Shown here: positions 41,740 to 53,430 of the stretch, one piece after another | Position numbering within the stretch: the stretch's first letter is position 1 | How the letters are laid out: each line of letters starts with the position of its first letter | Assembly: GCF_009914755.1 (NCBI RefSeq) | Contig: NC_060926.1 | From: the human T2T-CHM13v2.0 reference genome, Homo sapiens | Strand: one strand, 5' to 3' | Length of the DNA stretch: 64,000 nucleotides | The notes under the pieces: model-generated | Databases searched by the model: none | What the model was told of the DNA's origin: nothing | What the model saw: only the letters and a program-made list of their open reading frames with translations | Position numbers and translations under genes: made by a program

Positions 41740-42999
41740 TTTCACAGGAATAGGAATCTGTTAAGCCTAAGAGGAATTTGAAGCTGAGCCCTGGCTTGAA
41801 ATCAGTATAAACCAACCAAGAGTCCAGGCCTCCAGACGATGAAAACCTTATTTACTACACTATCCGTCAGATGGACCTCTTTAACTAATGCAAATCAAAA
41901 ATCACAGCTCTCTGTAGAATTTTACACAATTTTAACACTGGTATACTGAAGCAAAGATTTAGAAGAATTCGCTCATTATCTCTCACAATGGGCCTTTTCT
42001 TAGTGTAGCTCAAACTACTTTTTAAAATTTCATTATGTCTTCTTAATTGTGTTATTAAAAAAGTACACATCACATCACAGTATGGAAAATAAACATTAGG
42101 CTGTTAGTGAAGATTTAACTGCAAATATTGTCCTTGATCCTAAAGTAAATACAGAAATGAAACTTTTTATTCCAAGAGAAAACAATGAAAAACTGTACTC
42201 ATCTACAGTTCTTTCACATGCAAAGGATATCAGCATAACAATCTCGATAATCATGATCGAGTAGCTCTGCCAGGCCCACTGGAATCACAGAGCACCTCTT
42301 TTATTTATTTTCAGATGTGTACAGAAAAAAAAAAGTGGAATATGGTCCCCAGTTAATATTGTTTATGTCCATTTATCTAATCTTCGTTTTGCTGATATAA
42401 TGATAACATAATAACATAATGGCTATTTCAGAATCTCAGCCAAAAAGAAAAGAAAAAGTTGATTAGCTTTTGCCTGCATAGCACAGGATATCTCTCTCTG
42501 TGTGCTTTTCTTATTTTTAAATTCCATTTCCCATTATAAACTCAGAAATGTAAATGCTTTGTACATTCATTTTTATTTCCAAAATAAAATGCTCTCTTAG
42601 GTCCATGAATTTCAATCTTTTTTACTTGTTGATGATAGAACTGTCTTTGTTAAAAGACTAAGTCATTTTTCATAAAGTAGGTATGAAAGCCTGGTCATCT
42701 TTTGTACCAGTTTATATGTCTTTTAATCCATCTCTGCTATTTATGAGATCATAAAGTTGATGTGGCACCAAATAGATCAAAAGCAAAAGGGCAATTGTTT
42801 TGTATCAGTATATATACTTTCTTCAGTATTTTTTCACTGACTTCTAAAAAATATGCTCATAAATTTCTTTTCAGACTGATTACATGGTGCTGACTATCTT
42901 GAAACTGACCAGGGTGGGCAAGAAAAGTGTTCACTTGGCTAAGGCAAGATGACCCTTAACCAATGCAGTGAGTGTAAGTTTTAATAGTATGATTATGGT

Positions 43000-43390
43000 G
43001 ATAAACAGCTACTAGCATTTCTTGAACAACCACAGTGTGCACAGTACTCTACTGCTGGCTCCAGGGTCATTATCCTATAACCAAGTCAGCCCATTTCACA
43101 GATGAAGAAATTGAAAGCCAAGGAAGTTAAGTAACCCCTGCCCCAAGCTCTCAAATCTGGTGGTGAGTGGCTAAGCCATGGTTTGACTTGGAAAAACACT
43201 GCATTCCTAAATACCGCACTACACTGCCTTTACAGACCAGGTACTATAGTTCTCCATCCAGGCTGGAAAGGGGGAGATTTTTAAAATACTGACATATTAA
43301 ACCATCCCCTAGAAATGGCTAAGAGCATCACTGTTTTTCTAAAGTTCCTGAAGTGATTACAGTGTGAATCCAGGAGTGAGAACAACTGGA
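43000..43390. mobile_element. MIR (antisense, about 43000-43230) followed by a MER5B-like fragment (about 43245-43388)
   Basis: 'cccatttcacagatgaagaaattgaaagcca...aagttaagtaac'; 'gatttttaaaatactga...gtgattacagtgtgaatccaggagtgagaacaactg'. Confidence 0.65.
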
Positions 43391-44202
43391 TTAGAGGATA
43401 CCAGGGAATATTCATTTTCTTAAGAAATAAGAATATTTCTTCAATTAGTGCTAGAATAACAACTAAAGTTCAAGTTGTTTATCTAGAACAGGAACCTGAA
43501 ACAGGAACACCAGACGGGGGCATACATCAGCACCGGGATCATCAGAAGATTTTTGTTTCCTCCCCTCAACCTGCTCCTCCTTCTGCCCCACGTGCAGATC
43601 CCACATGGCATTTTAGTGCTTAAGTAGACCCAGGAAGTAACCCACGCCCTTCATCTACAAGTGATACAGGAGCCCAGAAAAGAAACAGCTGTGCCCAACA
43701 TCTCACCCTAGCAATAAGGAGAGCTTGAGTCTCCTGCGCCCTATTTCAGTGCTCCTTTTGCTAAAAAATTTTGGAAGCAGTAGGAAAACAGGTGGGGCAT
43801 AGAGTCAGCCAAGGCACCTGAAGAGAATTTTAAGAAACAGAGACAGCAGAGACAAAAAAAAAAAAAAAAAGTCAAAGCAGAGTGGGAAAGGAGAACAGCC
43901 ACAATCCGCAATCTGCAAATAATAGGGAAATGAGAAGGAATATTTAACAAAGCAACGCAACTGGCCAGAGAAAAATGTAGTAAGGAGAACTAGCAACTGC
44001 AATCATGTATCAGTAAAATGAGGTAAAAATACAAGGGAATAAACAAACCTTCCATTCAGCTTCAGAAAGCATATCCAAGCCCACAGTACTTTCAAAATAG
44101 AAAATAATATTGAAGCAAAAACAAACTGTAGGAAAATCTCCAGGCAGAGAGGCAGAGGCTGCTAGAAAATCCCAAGTCTGTTAAGCATCATCTACTGCAC
44201 CT

Positions 44203-44366
44203 TGCTTCTCAAAGCGTGGTTCAAGGATCACCTATTTCAAAATTACCTGGGAGCTTGTGAGAAAGGCATAATCCTGGGCTTATTCCTAAACTTGTTCAAC
44301 CAGAATCTGCATTTTAATAAGATTTTCTTAATGATTTACATGCACATTAAAGTTTAAGAAGCACTG
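44203..44366. mobile_element. MER5A DNA transposon
   Basis: 'gcttctcaaagcgtggt...cctgggagcttgtgagaaa...cagaatctgcattttaataagatt...gcacattaaagtttaagaagcactg'. Confidence 0.85.
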
Positions 44367-44444
44367 GTTCTACTATAAAAACCATGTTGAGGTGTTAATA
44401 AAAGACAGTTATTACACAAATTGGTACTACAGAACTCGGTAAAA

Positions 44445-45660
44445 TTCAATCCAACTAGTTAAATTATTTGTTGATGTCCTATGATATGGCAGGCCCTGAG
44501 CTGGGTATTTCAGGAAATGAAGGTCCCATGTTAGGCAAGGTTGGTGCAGTGCCCTTAGGGGAGAATGCACAAAGCACATATATATCAGGAAGACACTGAC
44601 TCGTAGTCCACACGGAAGAGATCAAGCAAAATATAACAGAGTTTGCTGGAGCAAAAGCTGGAGTGCAGAGGGAGATCAGGAAGCATGTGCAATTGCACTG
44701 ACTCTCTCGACAAGTGGAAATAATTGTAGGGAAGTGAGAGGGCCCTTCCTAGCAGAGGGAACAACATAAGCAACGACACAGAGCTCAGAGACCTGCTGTG
44801 TTAAGGAAACACTGCCTTCAGCCTAGAGAAGTCTCAAATTGTATCAAGGAGACTTGGGACTCTATGACGATGCCTCAGGACTACTAAGGGTAGGGAGGGG
44901 GAGCTAGTGGGATTGTTGGGACCCCATTCCAACCATTTAAGATTATATTTTAATAGATTCCAACATTGAAAAATAATATTTGAAATGTATCATGGAGCCA
45001 ATACACATGGTGCTTTTAAAATTATCACCTAGTGCCGTGCTTGTCATGTAGTAGGCACTCAAATATTCACTGAATAAATTAATAAATTAATGACTGGATC
45101 AACCAACCAACGAGATCAAAGTAAAAAAAATGCAGAGCTACTTTGAGGCTGGACTGCAGAGGGTCTTCACTGTTTGAGGAGGGGTTTATATGTCACTTGG
45201 TAGGACACTAAGGAAAAGTTTACTAGCCAGTGATTAAGCTTGGTTCTCTTTTGGGAAGCTTATTCTGCACAACCAAGTGTGAAATGAATTGGGAGAGAAT
45301 GGAGATGGGAAACGAGTCAGGAAGCCACTGTGACAGCCTCTAGAAACAGATAAGAAGACTGAAAAAAATAGCCACCATGGGAATAGAAAGATGAAGAAGC
45401 AGGCATCATAAAGCATCATGGAGATGAAGTCTGTGGGACTTTGTGAATTTTATGTGGAAAGCAAAGATACTGGGAGGGTCATCAGTGACTAGGAGAAATA
45501 TTAAAATTGACACAAAGTCACCCTTGTTCACTTAGGAGAAAGATGTTAATTAGAGCTTAAACCTGGTAGAGTTGAGGCACATAAGAGCAATATAAAGCTG
45601 TCTCTTAGGTGGTTCAAAATGTAAATATAAAATTTTGGAGGGAGAGTAGAGCTAGGATGT
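44445..45660 (-). mobile_element. Fragmented L2 (antisense) with interspersed MIR/L2 pieces
   Basis: 'ttatttgttgatgtcctatgatatggcaggccctgagctggg', 'ggagatgaagtctgtgggactttgtgaa', 'gtaggcactcaaatattcactgaataaat'. Confidence 0.45.
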
Positions 45661-48064
45661 CACTTCAGGAAGAAATAATCTAGCACTAATAAAAAGAAAC
45701 AACTGAATAAAAAGTAACATACAAAAGAGCAAAAAGGAGATAACCTATAATCTATAAAACCACAGAGATCAAGAGAAATCCCCAAAAATTTTTTTAAAAA
45801 AAGAAAGAAAGAAGAAGAAAAGGTAAAAAGACCATATTGAGACACAGTGGGGACAGAGTCAGGAATTGGGGTGGTGGCAAAATAGAGATAATGAAACGGC
45901 GTGGAGGGGTTATAATAAAAACCAGAGACACATAAAAAGCGGTGGGAAACTGGGACAGACACACACTCCCTGTTCTTTAGATCTTTGAAGACATATAGGA
46001 TATTATGGGAACAGCAGAGCAAATTTTGCCCTTTATTTATGTGAACAAAGACTCACTCCTGTAAGAAGTTAGCTAATTGCTCAATTTTTAAAATATAAAT
46101 TGTTGCTATGAAAAATCAAGCAATGATATCTTCAAATTCAGCTTGGAAAAAAAGTCTAAGGGCAGGGGAGGCGGGGTGGCCAGTCCAGGGACTTAAGATC
46201 CTTGTCTTTTTCATGGTGCCCAACTCCACATAGCATTAGTCTGTACAGGCATTTTCACCTTTCAGAATTGTTTTGAAAGATTTTTTTTTCTCTGAATCAG
46301 GTCACTTGCCTGAGAAAAAGAATGCTGAGAGCACCTGATATGCTTTGATCGATCCTCATTTAATAGTTACACTTTTTAAAGTTATCTTCCAGCTGCTGAC
46401 AGGTCTCACTAATTGGCCATATTTGGGTGACAGGTACTAATGACAATTCCCTCTCTGATTTGACTATAGAGGAGACACCTCCGTTTGGTTTCCTTTGTAC
46501 CTCAGTTGAAGAAAAATACATTAAATTCATTGTTTTCTTTTTGCTCTGTGAATCTGTATATTGTTAAAATGCTGTAAAATATCAACATTTTTTTCAATAT
46601 AGATGATACTTAGTGGTTATTAAACTTCTATAAAGAGATCATTACTTATGTAATGTAAAATAATATACTGCAAACAAAGCACATAAGAAACTATGCTGCA
46701 AAACATTGTATCACCAAGATGATTCCAACATGGACAGTAATTTTTCCTTTGTTAGGAGAATTCACCTTCCCCAAAGCATTTTACTACAAATGCATCCAAG
46801 AGAGGTCAAGGAGATCTACAAGAATAGCTATCTGATTTGTGGTTTTTATCCCAAGCTTCCTCAAATCACTTTTGGAAATAGGTAAGAGTGTAAATTATAA
46901 ATCCACAAATATTTAATTTATGGGAATATAGAATCTGAAAAACAACCAACACTTTGATCAAATAAGCATCTTTTTCATCTTAAAAACCTCAAGTAACAGA
47001 ACTTGCAATGCCGTATTTTGCATTCTAAAGGCATTTATCTGTTACAGGGAAGGGGCAGCACATACTCAACGCACACATGGCATCAAAATAAGATTAAAGG
47101 ACTCTGAAAACCAGTGAAATTTGGCCTTGGAACATTTAAGGGAGTTCTTTCAAGCCAAAGCCTTTAACTTACCTAAGATGTAGCTTATTGACTTTATGAA
47201 AAGCCCTCTTTTTAATTAGATAAATGCATTTCCTACCGTTTCATGAATTGTGTGGACGCTGCCAGTTTCCACGCTTTAGGCTAGGCCCTATAACAGAAAT
47301 GTTTTGTTCCTTCTATAGGAACATCTTTTGCTACTACATCTTGACAAAGTTTGCATTCCCCTTGGTGTGATATTCCTCAGCAAAGCAAAACCAAAAGGAA
47401 ATGCAAACCTCATCTCTGTATGAAAATGAAAGAAGACGTTTCCCAACCCAAGAACTTTTGAGAGCATTCCAAAACTGCGTTATTTTGTATTCATGGGCGT
47501 GGGGAGAGGGGGGATACTTCTTGGCAATTTATTTCCCCTGAAGAACAGCACTCCCTATCCAGGTTCACCATAAAAACTGTGTGTCCTCCAGAGTCTAGGG
47601 AAGCATCGTCCTGCCAGCTCTCCCTTCTCCCCACAGGCCCCCGCACATAACAGTGGCGAAACAGATGGTCCTCCCCCTCCCCTTCTCCTCGTCCCTTCCG
47701 CAGTCCCACAGTGTCCTCCCACCCTTCCCTGACACCTTCACCAGCGCTTAGTGGCCGAGGCCGCCCGTCAGGGCTCCCAACAAGTGCAAACTTCGGGGAC
47801 CTTCTCTCTGCCCCTCTGCCCCCATCTCATCTGGGTTCTGCTGCAGAACTCTCCCACGACCCCAAGCTTCGACCGCTACCCTCCTCACACACCTCGGTCC
47901 CCTAACTACCCATTTCCCGGTCATTGAGAGAAAGACAAACCCCAAACTTCCAGCCCAGGTGACGAGGCGCTGCGGCTAAACACAGCGGGGCACTCTCCTC
48001 GTCCTTTCCCCTCTCCATCCGTCCTTGGGAATTGGAGCCTACCCTGGGGAACAGAGGAGTATGC

Positions 48065-48137
48065 TCCTGTGGCTTCCACGACCTAATCCTAACTCCAGGG
48101 ACTCGCAGGAGTTAGGATTAGGTCGTGGAAGCCACAG
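48065..48137 (-). ncRNA. MIR1258: pre-miR-1258 hairpin; mature AGUUAGGAUUAGGUCGUGGAA at 48094-48074
   Basis: Reverse complement reads CUGUGGCUUCCACGACCUAAUCCUAACUCC-UGCGAGUCCCU-GGAGUUAGGAUUAGGUCGUGGAAGCCACAGGA, the hsa-mir-1258 stem-loop as I recall it; a 31-bp perfect stem with 11-nt loop is directly visible. Confidence 0.92.
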
Positions 48138-48329
48138 GCGCCTGGGCGCCCTCCTCTACAAGTGGGACCTTGAGACAAAGTGCAAACTCTACCGGGAGGG
48201 GGGCTCCTGGCCATTCCCTCGGGCGGCGCGCCCAGGTGCAGGCTCGCTCTGCGGAGGAGGGCGGGGGCCGGGCAAGCAGAGGGCGCCCAGTCCGGGGGCG
48301 CCGGTCTGGGCTGGGCGCCCAGAGCTTAC

Positions 48330-48735
48330 CTCGGCGCGCGGGCCGCGGGCGCGTGGGGCAGTGGCTCCTCCAGCCGGGAAGCTGTTGCTCACGCTCCGGT
48401 GGTTGCTGCGGTCCCGCCAGGGCTGCACCGGGGCTTCGCGCAGACGTTCTCCCGCGATCTGCTGCAGCCCAGGCGGTGGCGGTGGCGGTAGCAGCGGCGG
48501 CGGTGGAGGTGGCGCGGGCGACAGCTCGGCCCGGCGCGGCCCCTGAACTGTCCAACTCTTGCCCGCGCCGGGCTTAAGCGCCCGGCCGCTGCCCCCGCGC
48601 TGAGCGCCTGCGCACCGGGCCTCGCCCAGGTGAGGGGCGTGTGCCCGGAGCCCGCTGGGCGCGCCCGGCCCGGCCCGGCCCCGCCGCACGCCCGCCCCCC
48701 TGGCCTGGCCGAGGACCCCGGGGTTTGGACGTGCC
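48330..48735 (-). other. ZNF385B: Non-coding first exon (5'UTR) of ZNF385B; 5' end uncertain; intron 1 runs from 48329 past base 1
   Basis: Strong minus-strand donor GAG|GTAAGC (plus strand 'gcttacctc', 48324-48332) at the CpG-island edge; no ATG on the minus strand in 48330-48735; no zinc-finger coding exon in the window. Identity rests on recalled MIR1258 host relationship. Confidence 0.75.
48472..48513. repeat. Interrupted GGC/GGT trinucleotide tract in exon 1
   Basis: 'ggcggtggcggtggcggtagcagcggcggcggtggaggtggc' read directly. Confidence 0.85.
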
Positions 48736-51225
48736 AACGCCACTCTCGCGCGCCGAAGCTGTGACGGTTTACTAAGCAGAGACTTGCGAGGCACACAGAG
48801 AGGGAATGAGGCGGAACCGTTCGGGGGCTCGTTGACACTGCAGAGCCTCCCGCAGCATCGCTGCCTTAAATCCCGCCTTTCCAGGCGTGCGCGCACAGCG
48901 AGCCAGAGGAGGCTCCGTCCCGACCTGGGGTCCCCCGCGGTCCTCAGCCCGGGGGCTCGGGTCCCCGAAGAGATCCTTGGCAATGGCAGAGGTCCCAAAG
49001 CCTAGATGCCAAGCCCCGCGATGGGGCGGATGCTTCCAATATTAGTCAACCCAGAGTGAAACTCTCTTCTTGGAGATCGTCAGACCAACTATTTGTTTTT
49101 CCTCTTTGACCACCCCTGGGCTAGCAGAGCACAGCTAGCAGCTTCGGCATATTTGGCGGAGCCGGGAAGGCCCGGAGCGCAGAAGGCATCGCAGCCTCGC
49201 AGCAGATCTGAAAGGGTTGTGGGCGGGGGGCTCATTTTCGCCGGATTTCTTTTCCGTGTTTAAGTTTTCAAAACTAAAACCTGTCATCGGTTACCCTGAT
49301 GTAGAGGGCATCTTCTGAAAATTAGTGCAAACATGGCCAAGGTGCTTGGTTCTGAAAGGGAAAGCACTTAGAACACTTAAGAAAGGGAAAATAATTTTAA
49401 AAGAGCAGTTTTCTGAGATTACTTCTTTGGGGAGAAGTTCAATAGTCATAAATGACAAGAGAGTTGTGTTATATAGCAGGGATTTTTTTTTAACCAGATG
49501 ATCTTAAAATATTTTTCTTTGGTTCTTGTCTCAGATGATTGACACTCACTACGTAAATAATCCTGCAGCTGTTAATGTCTTGGCATAATCGTCTAGAATA
49601 AATATCTTAACGTCCAGCCAAAGCCAATGTTGTTCTCCCAGGGTGGGCTTCAGATGTGACAAACAATCACACCATCCTAGAGCTTTCTAAGGGAGCAGGC
49701 TGTGTTTTTAAGCACCTTGGAATGTAGAGTTATTGCAAGCACCAGCACATTTGAGGTACCAGCGTGAGAAAGGGCATAAATCTGACTTACAGTTTTTGTA
49801 TTTTTAGAATCCAAATATCTTCACATCCAGGTCGGCAGTCTCAATACTAAGAACAAACGTTTATTGGTGTGCTTATTCTTAAAACTGTACCTTATTTGAA
49901 GTTGCTACAGAAGGACAGCACCAAAATTCAATCATTTTAACCCAAAAGAACATGAGCTATGATAATTGCTTAAATTATCTTTCACAAAATTATGATCTTA
50001 AGGTCTCTTGTCATCAATAAAGGTTATGTTGAAAACACGTCTTTCACAAGTCCCTGAAGGTCAGTAAGATGGAGCTCTGGCAGACTGGGACAAGCAGGAA
50101 ATTCCAGAGGCAAAAACCTTCCATGAGAAAAACACCCAGCTTCCAGTGCCATGCACTTCAGAGTTGGGACAGCGTGGTTGTCGAGGTTGCCTCTGAGCTC
50201 AGGTAAGTATTGATATCTCCAGGAATCTAAGATGCAGAGAAAGGGGTGAGGGCCCCTTAAAGTCTCCAGTCAACACCTTGGATTGCACTTGGAGGCAAAT
50301 GAGTAACCTCTGCAGAGTGGAACACCTGTGAGAAGTGTTCTCCGTGGCTTGCACAGTTTAGCAGCATGTGCATTTTTTATGTCCTGCAAACTGCAACTAT
50401 ATCCTTCCCTCCTCCCTGTCTATTTTTAATCACCTATAGCTAAGACTCACGGCAGAGAATAATTTGAGGGTTGCATTTCCTAACAGCTGAAAGAAGCATA
50501 AAATACATGCAGACAACTCCCAATTATTCACCTGTGACATAACTGACTAAGAATCCTGCCCTTCACGTCCTTAGCCAAGGCAGGATTAAGGCCTCTGGAG
50601 CCCCAAGCACAAAACAATTGCAGTGCCTCCTTTGTAAACGCACTTCAATATGGAAACAACATTAAATTTAAAAACACAATATTTAAATATATAGAGAAAA
50701 AACAGCTTCTGTCTCGATTTTCTGATGCAAATGTGTTTCTATTGTATAATTTGTCATTGAACATGCCTTTACAGTGTTATCTGACATAGGGGATTCTCCT
50801 GTCCTCAAAGCCTCCAAGCACCATTTTCCTGGAAACATTCTGGCTCACTCCTGGCAGTAATGGAGTAAACCGACTCAGAGAACTATAGCCCTAGGTTCGG
50901 GGCGTTAGGAAAGTGGTCAGGATAGCAGCAACACTGGAAGGGTAGTTCATCAAGGAAAGAGCCCAAATATCAAGGAGGAACATAACAGAAAGGGATTAAT
51001 TTAAGGTTTTTTTTCTACTTTTGTGTTTATGAAGTGTATAGTGCATTAGTTCCTAAATATTGAAGACCTTAGCTAGACGAACTCCTTTTAACTACATTCA
51101 CAAATTTACACTTTCCAGTGAATAAAGAACTTGGTGATAACAAGGAACATCAACAAATTTGGAGACTTCATAGTTCCCTTAGTTTTACTATATGAGAAAT
51201 GGAAATGAGTTCATACATAAGATGT

Positions 51226-51334
51226 ATACTACTCGGGTGATGGGTGCACCAAAATCTCACAAATCACCACTAAAGAACTTACTCATGAAACCAAATACCA
51301 CCTGTCTCCCAAAAACCTACGGAAATTTTTTTTA
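51226..51334 (+). mobile_element. Very short 5'-truncated L1PB-like 3' end
   Basis: 'ctcgggtgatgggtgcaccaaaatctcacaaatcaccactaaagaacttactcatg...ccaaaaacctacggaaat' is the L1PB terminus; flanking aagatgt repeats at 51219-51225 / 51335-51341. Confidence 0.85.
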
Positions 51335-51490
51335 AAGATGTCATATTGTAAAACAAGGCCCTACAGACATTTTGGATCACTTTGCAGCCATCAGTGAGAC
51401 TCTGTTCTCCAGGCAGGGTGCCATATTTTGAAAACCACTCCTGCAATGGAAGAAAACTGGACTACCTAGGAATAGAAAACCCAAAGTTGA

Positions 51491-51525
51491 GGGGTATAGC
51501 TCAGTGGGGAGCATTTGACTGCAGA
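51491..51525 (+). pseudogene. tRNA-Cys(GCA) 5'-half retrocopy (tailless retropseudogene), not a functional tRNA
   Basis: GGGGTATAGCTCAGTGGGGAGCATTTGACTGCAGA matches the 5' half of human tRNA-Cys-GCA through the anticodon; no 3' half or B box; flanked by agaaaaccca (51474-51483 / 51523-51532). Confidence 0.88.
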
Positions 51526-53084
51526 AAACCCATTTCTTAATAGGCTACTAAATTATATTTGTTTACAAGGGTGCCTGAATATCTTGTGAATGTCAGAAAA
51601 TTCTGTATTTTATTTCAATGTTCACATGTTGTGAGAAATTAATGGGATAGAGGTTTTATAACATTTGTTCTTAACAGTCCGAACTCAGGCTCAGTTAAAA
51701 AAAAAGTATTTCTTCAAAGACACTTATAGTAATTGTCTTAAGGAGGTCTGCCCACTCAAAATAAATAAAAATGAATTGTAACAAAAAAATGGGGATTTAT
51801 TGATCAGTAAGTTTTCAGTATCATTTTCTTGTATGTTTGAAAAAAAATAATGGAATTGATAGATTTTTAAGGCTAATGAGATGATTTTAGGTAGAAGTTC
51901 CAAATTTGACCTAGACTTATATCTCTAAAAATGTGTGAAAAAGTATAGTTTATTTTAACTGTAAATCTGAAAGTTGTTCCTGAGTTGTCAATTTGTGTTT
52001 TACATTTGTCTCATTTTTAAATCTGTTTAAAATCTAACTGTAGCATATGTATTTGGAAGGTGAAAGGATATAAAACTCCTTACATCTCAAGCCTACTTGA
52101 GAAACTGTGCTATTCTTTTTGTCTCTCTCTGTGTCGGGCAATTCTTTTTATGTGAATCTTTAGTATTCTTTGAAAAAGAATTGTCCTCTTGGCCTATAAT
52201 TATTTTTTAACTGGAAATTGGGTTCCCTTTCATCTTCCTTTTTTATTTGAATACTCTTAGCAGAGAAAGGCCATGTATTTAAATTCCTTGCTCACTAATA
52301 CATCTTCCTTTTTTACATTTAACACATTATGATTTATTTTGATATTTCATTATCTTGATATTTAATTATTTAAATATTTTTCTCAAGTGTGACTGAGCTG
52401 TTTGTTTTCACTCTTTCCTCCTATAAATTTGCTTTCTTGAGATCTAGTGGAATTGGTGCTTTGCTGTGACATCATGCCCCCTCTCTGGGGCAGTAATATC
52501 TTTCATATCCAGAGGTGATCAATATTGTAAAAGTATTCCTTCTAGACTGTAGCCATGGCTTTGCAGTAATAACAGTGCTTCTTGTTATGCATCTGTCCCT
52601 TTGAAACCTAATCCAGCACTGCCTTGGGCCCCAAGATGAAGACTACACTGATTTTACAATACCCCAAATCCTTTCCTGATTAGATTGCAAGGTGATTACT
52701 GTGGTTAACACACATTCCCCAGTTTGGCTCTTTGCTCTGAGATAAATATAAAATAATTAATCTTCTCTTAACTGCATTTGCAATTTTGATTTTTCTTCCA
52801 CCTTTTATAAATCTGAACATAGTAACACTCCTTTCAAAAATGCTCCATTATTTTCTAGGCTCAGTTTTTCAATTCCTTCCCTTGGGCAAGTAACTCATAA
52901 CTGCCTAGTAACTGTGGAAGCTCCCCAATGACTAGTATCTTTTGATTTCAAATTGTATTTTTAAATCGTTTTCCATTTTAACCAATATCATAATTTTAGA
53001 TAAACTATGTTTATTTAATGTTGAGCTTACTGTGTTGAATAACTTTCAAAAAGCTTTAATGTCTAAATAGGCAACACTTAGCCC

Positions 53085-53430
53085 TTATCAAAGAATGCTG
53101 TGTCCAGACACTGTACACGTGCATTGTCTCATTTTATTGTTATGAGAAGCCTATGAAGGAGAAATTGTTAATACCACTTTACAAATGGGGAAAGTGAGAA
53201 TCAGTAAGTTTGTGATATGCTCAAGATCACAAATTGGCAGAGCCACAATTCTAACCCAAGTTTATCTCAGCTGTAAAAAGTTCTTTGTATGCTACTTCTT
53301 GAGGTTAATCAAAAGTGTTGATTAGACTGTAAGTTCCGCTGAAAGTAGAAATCCTATCCTATTGGTTCTTTTGTCTTTTATAATACCTAATACATAGTGC
53401 CTTATAAAGAGCAGCTCAGTATCCGTTTGC
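53085..53430. mobile_element. MIR (antisense) plus L2 3' tail
   Basis: 'accactttacaaatggggaaagtgagaatcag...gctcaagatcaca'; 'ttagactgtaagttcc...atacctaatacatagtgcc'. Confidence 0.65.

Larger units (their letters stand above)
47950..49260. promoter_or_regulatory. ZNF385B: CpG island promoter of the minus-strand host gene (ZNF385B)
   Basis: Abrupt switch to very GC/CpG-rich sequence (densest 48200-49030); GC boxes (about 48677-48700), NRF1-like GCGCCTGCGCA (48604-48614), E2F-like TCGCGCGCC (about 48746-48754), half-CRE GTGACG (48761-48766). Gene name inferred from MIR1258 being intronic in ZNF385B (recalled). Confidence 0.88.

Noticed and set aside
48025-49005. Several long overlapping ORFs (103-269 aa) on both strands
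   Set aside because: Expected in a stop-poor CpG island; Ala/Gly/Pro/Arg-rich, mostly non-ATG starts, run through the splice donor, no recognisable domain.
49900-50180. REST/RE1-like half sites (GGACAGCACC, GGACAGCG)
   Set aside because: Left half TTCAGCACC is missing or mis-spaced.
51491-51525. Functional tRNA-Cys gene
   Set aside because: Only the 5' half is present; no T arm, B box or 3' acceptor strand.
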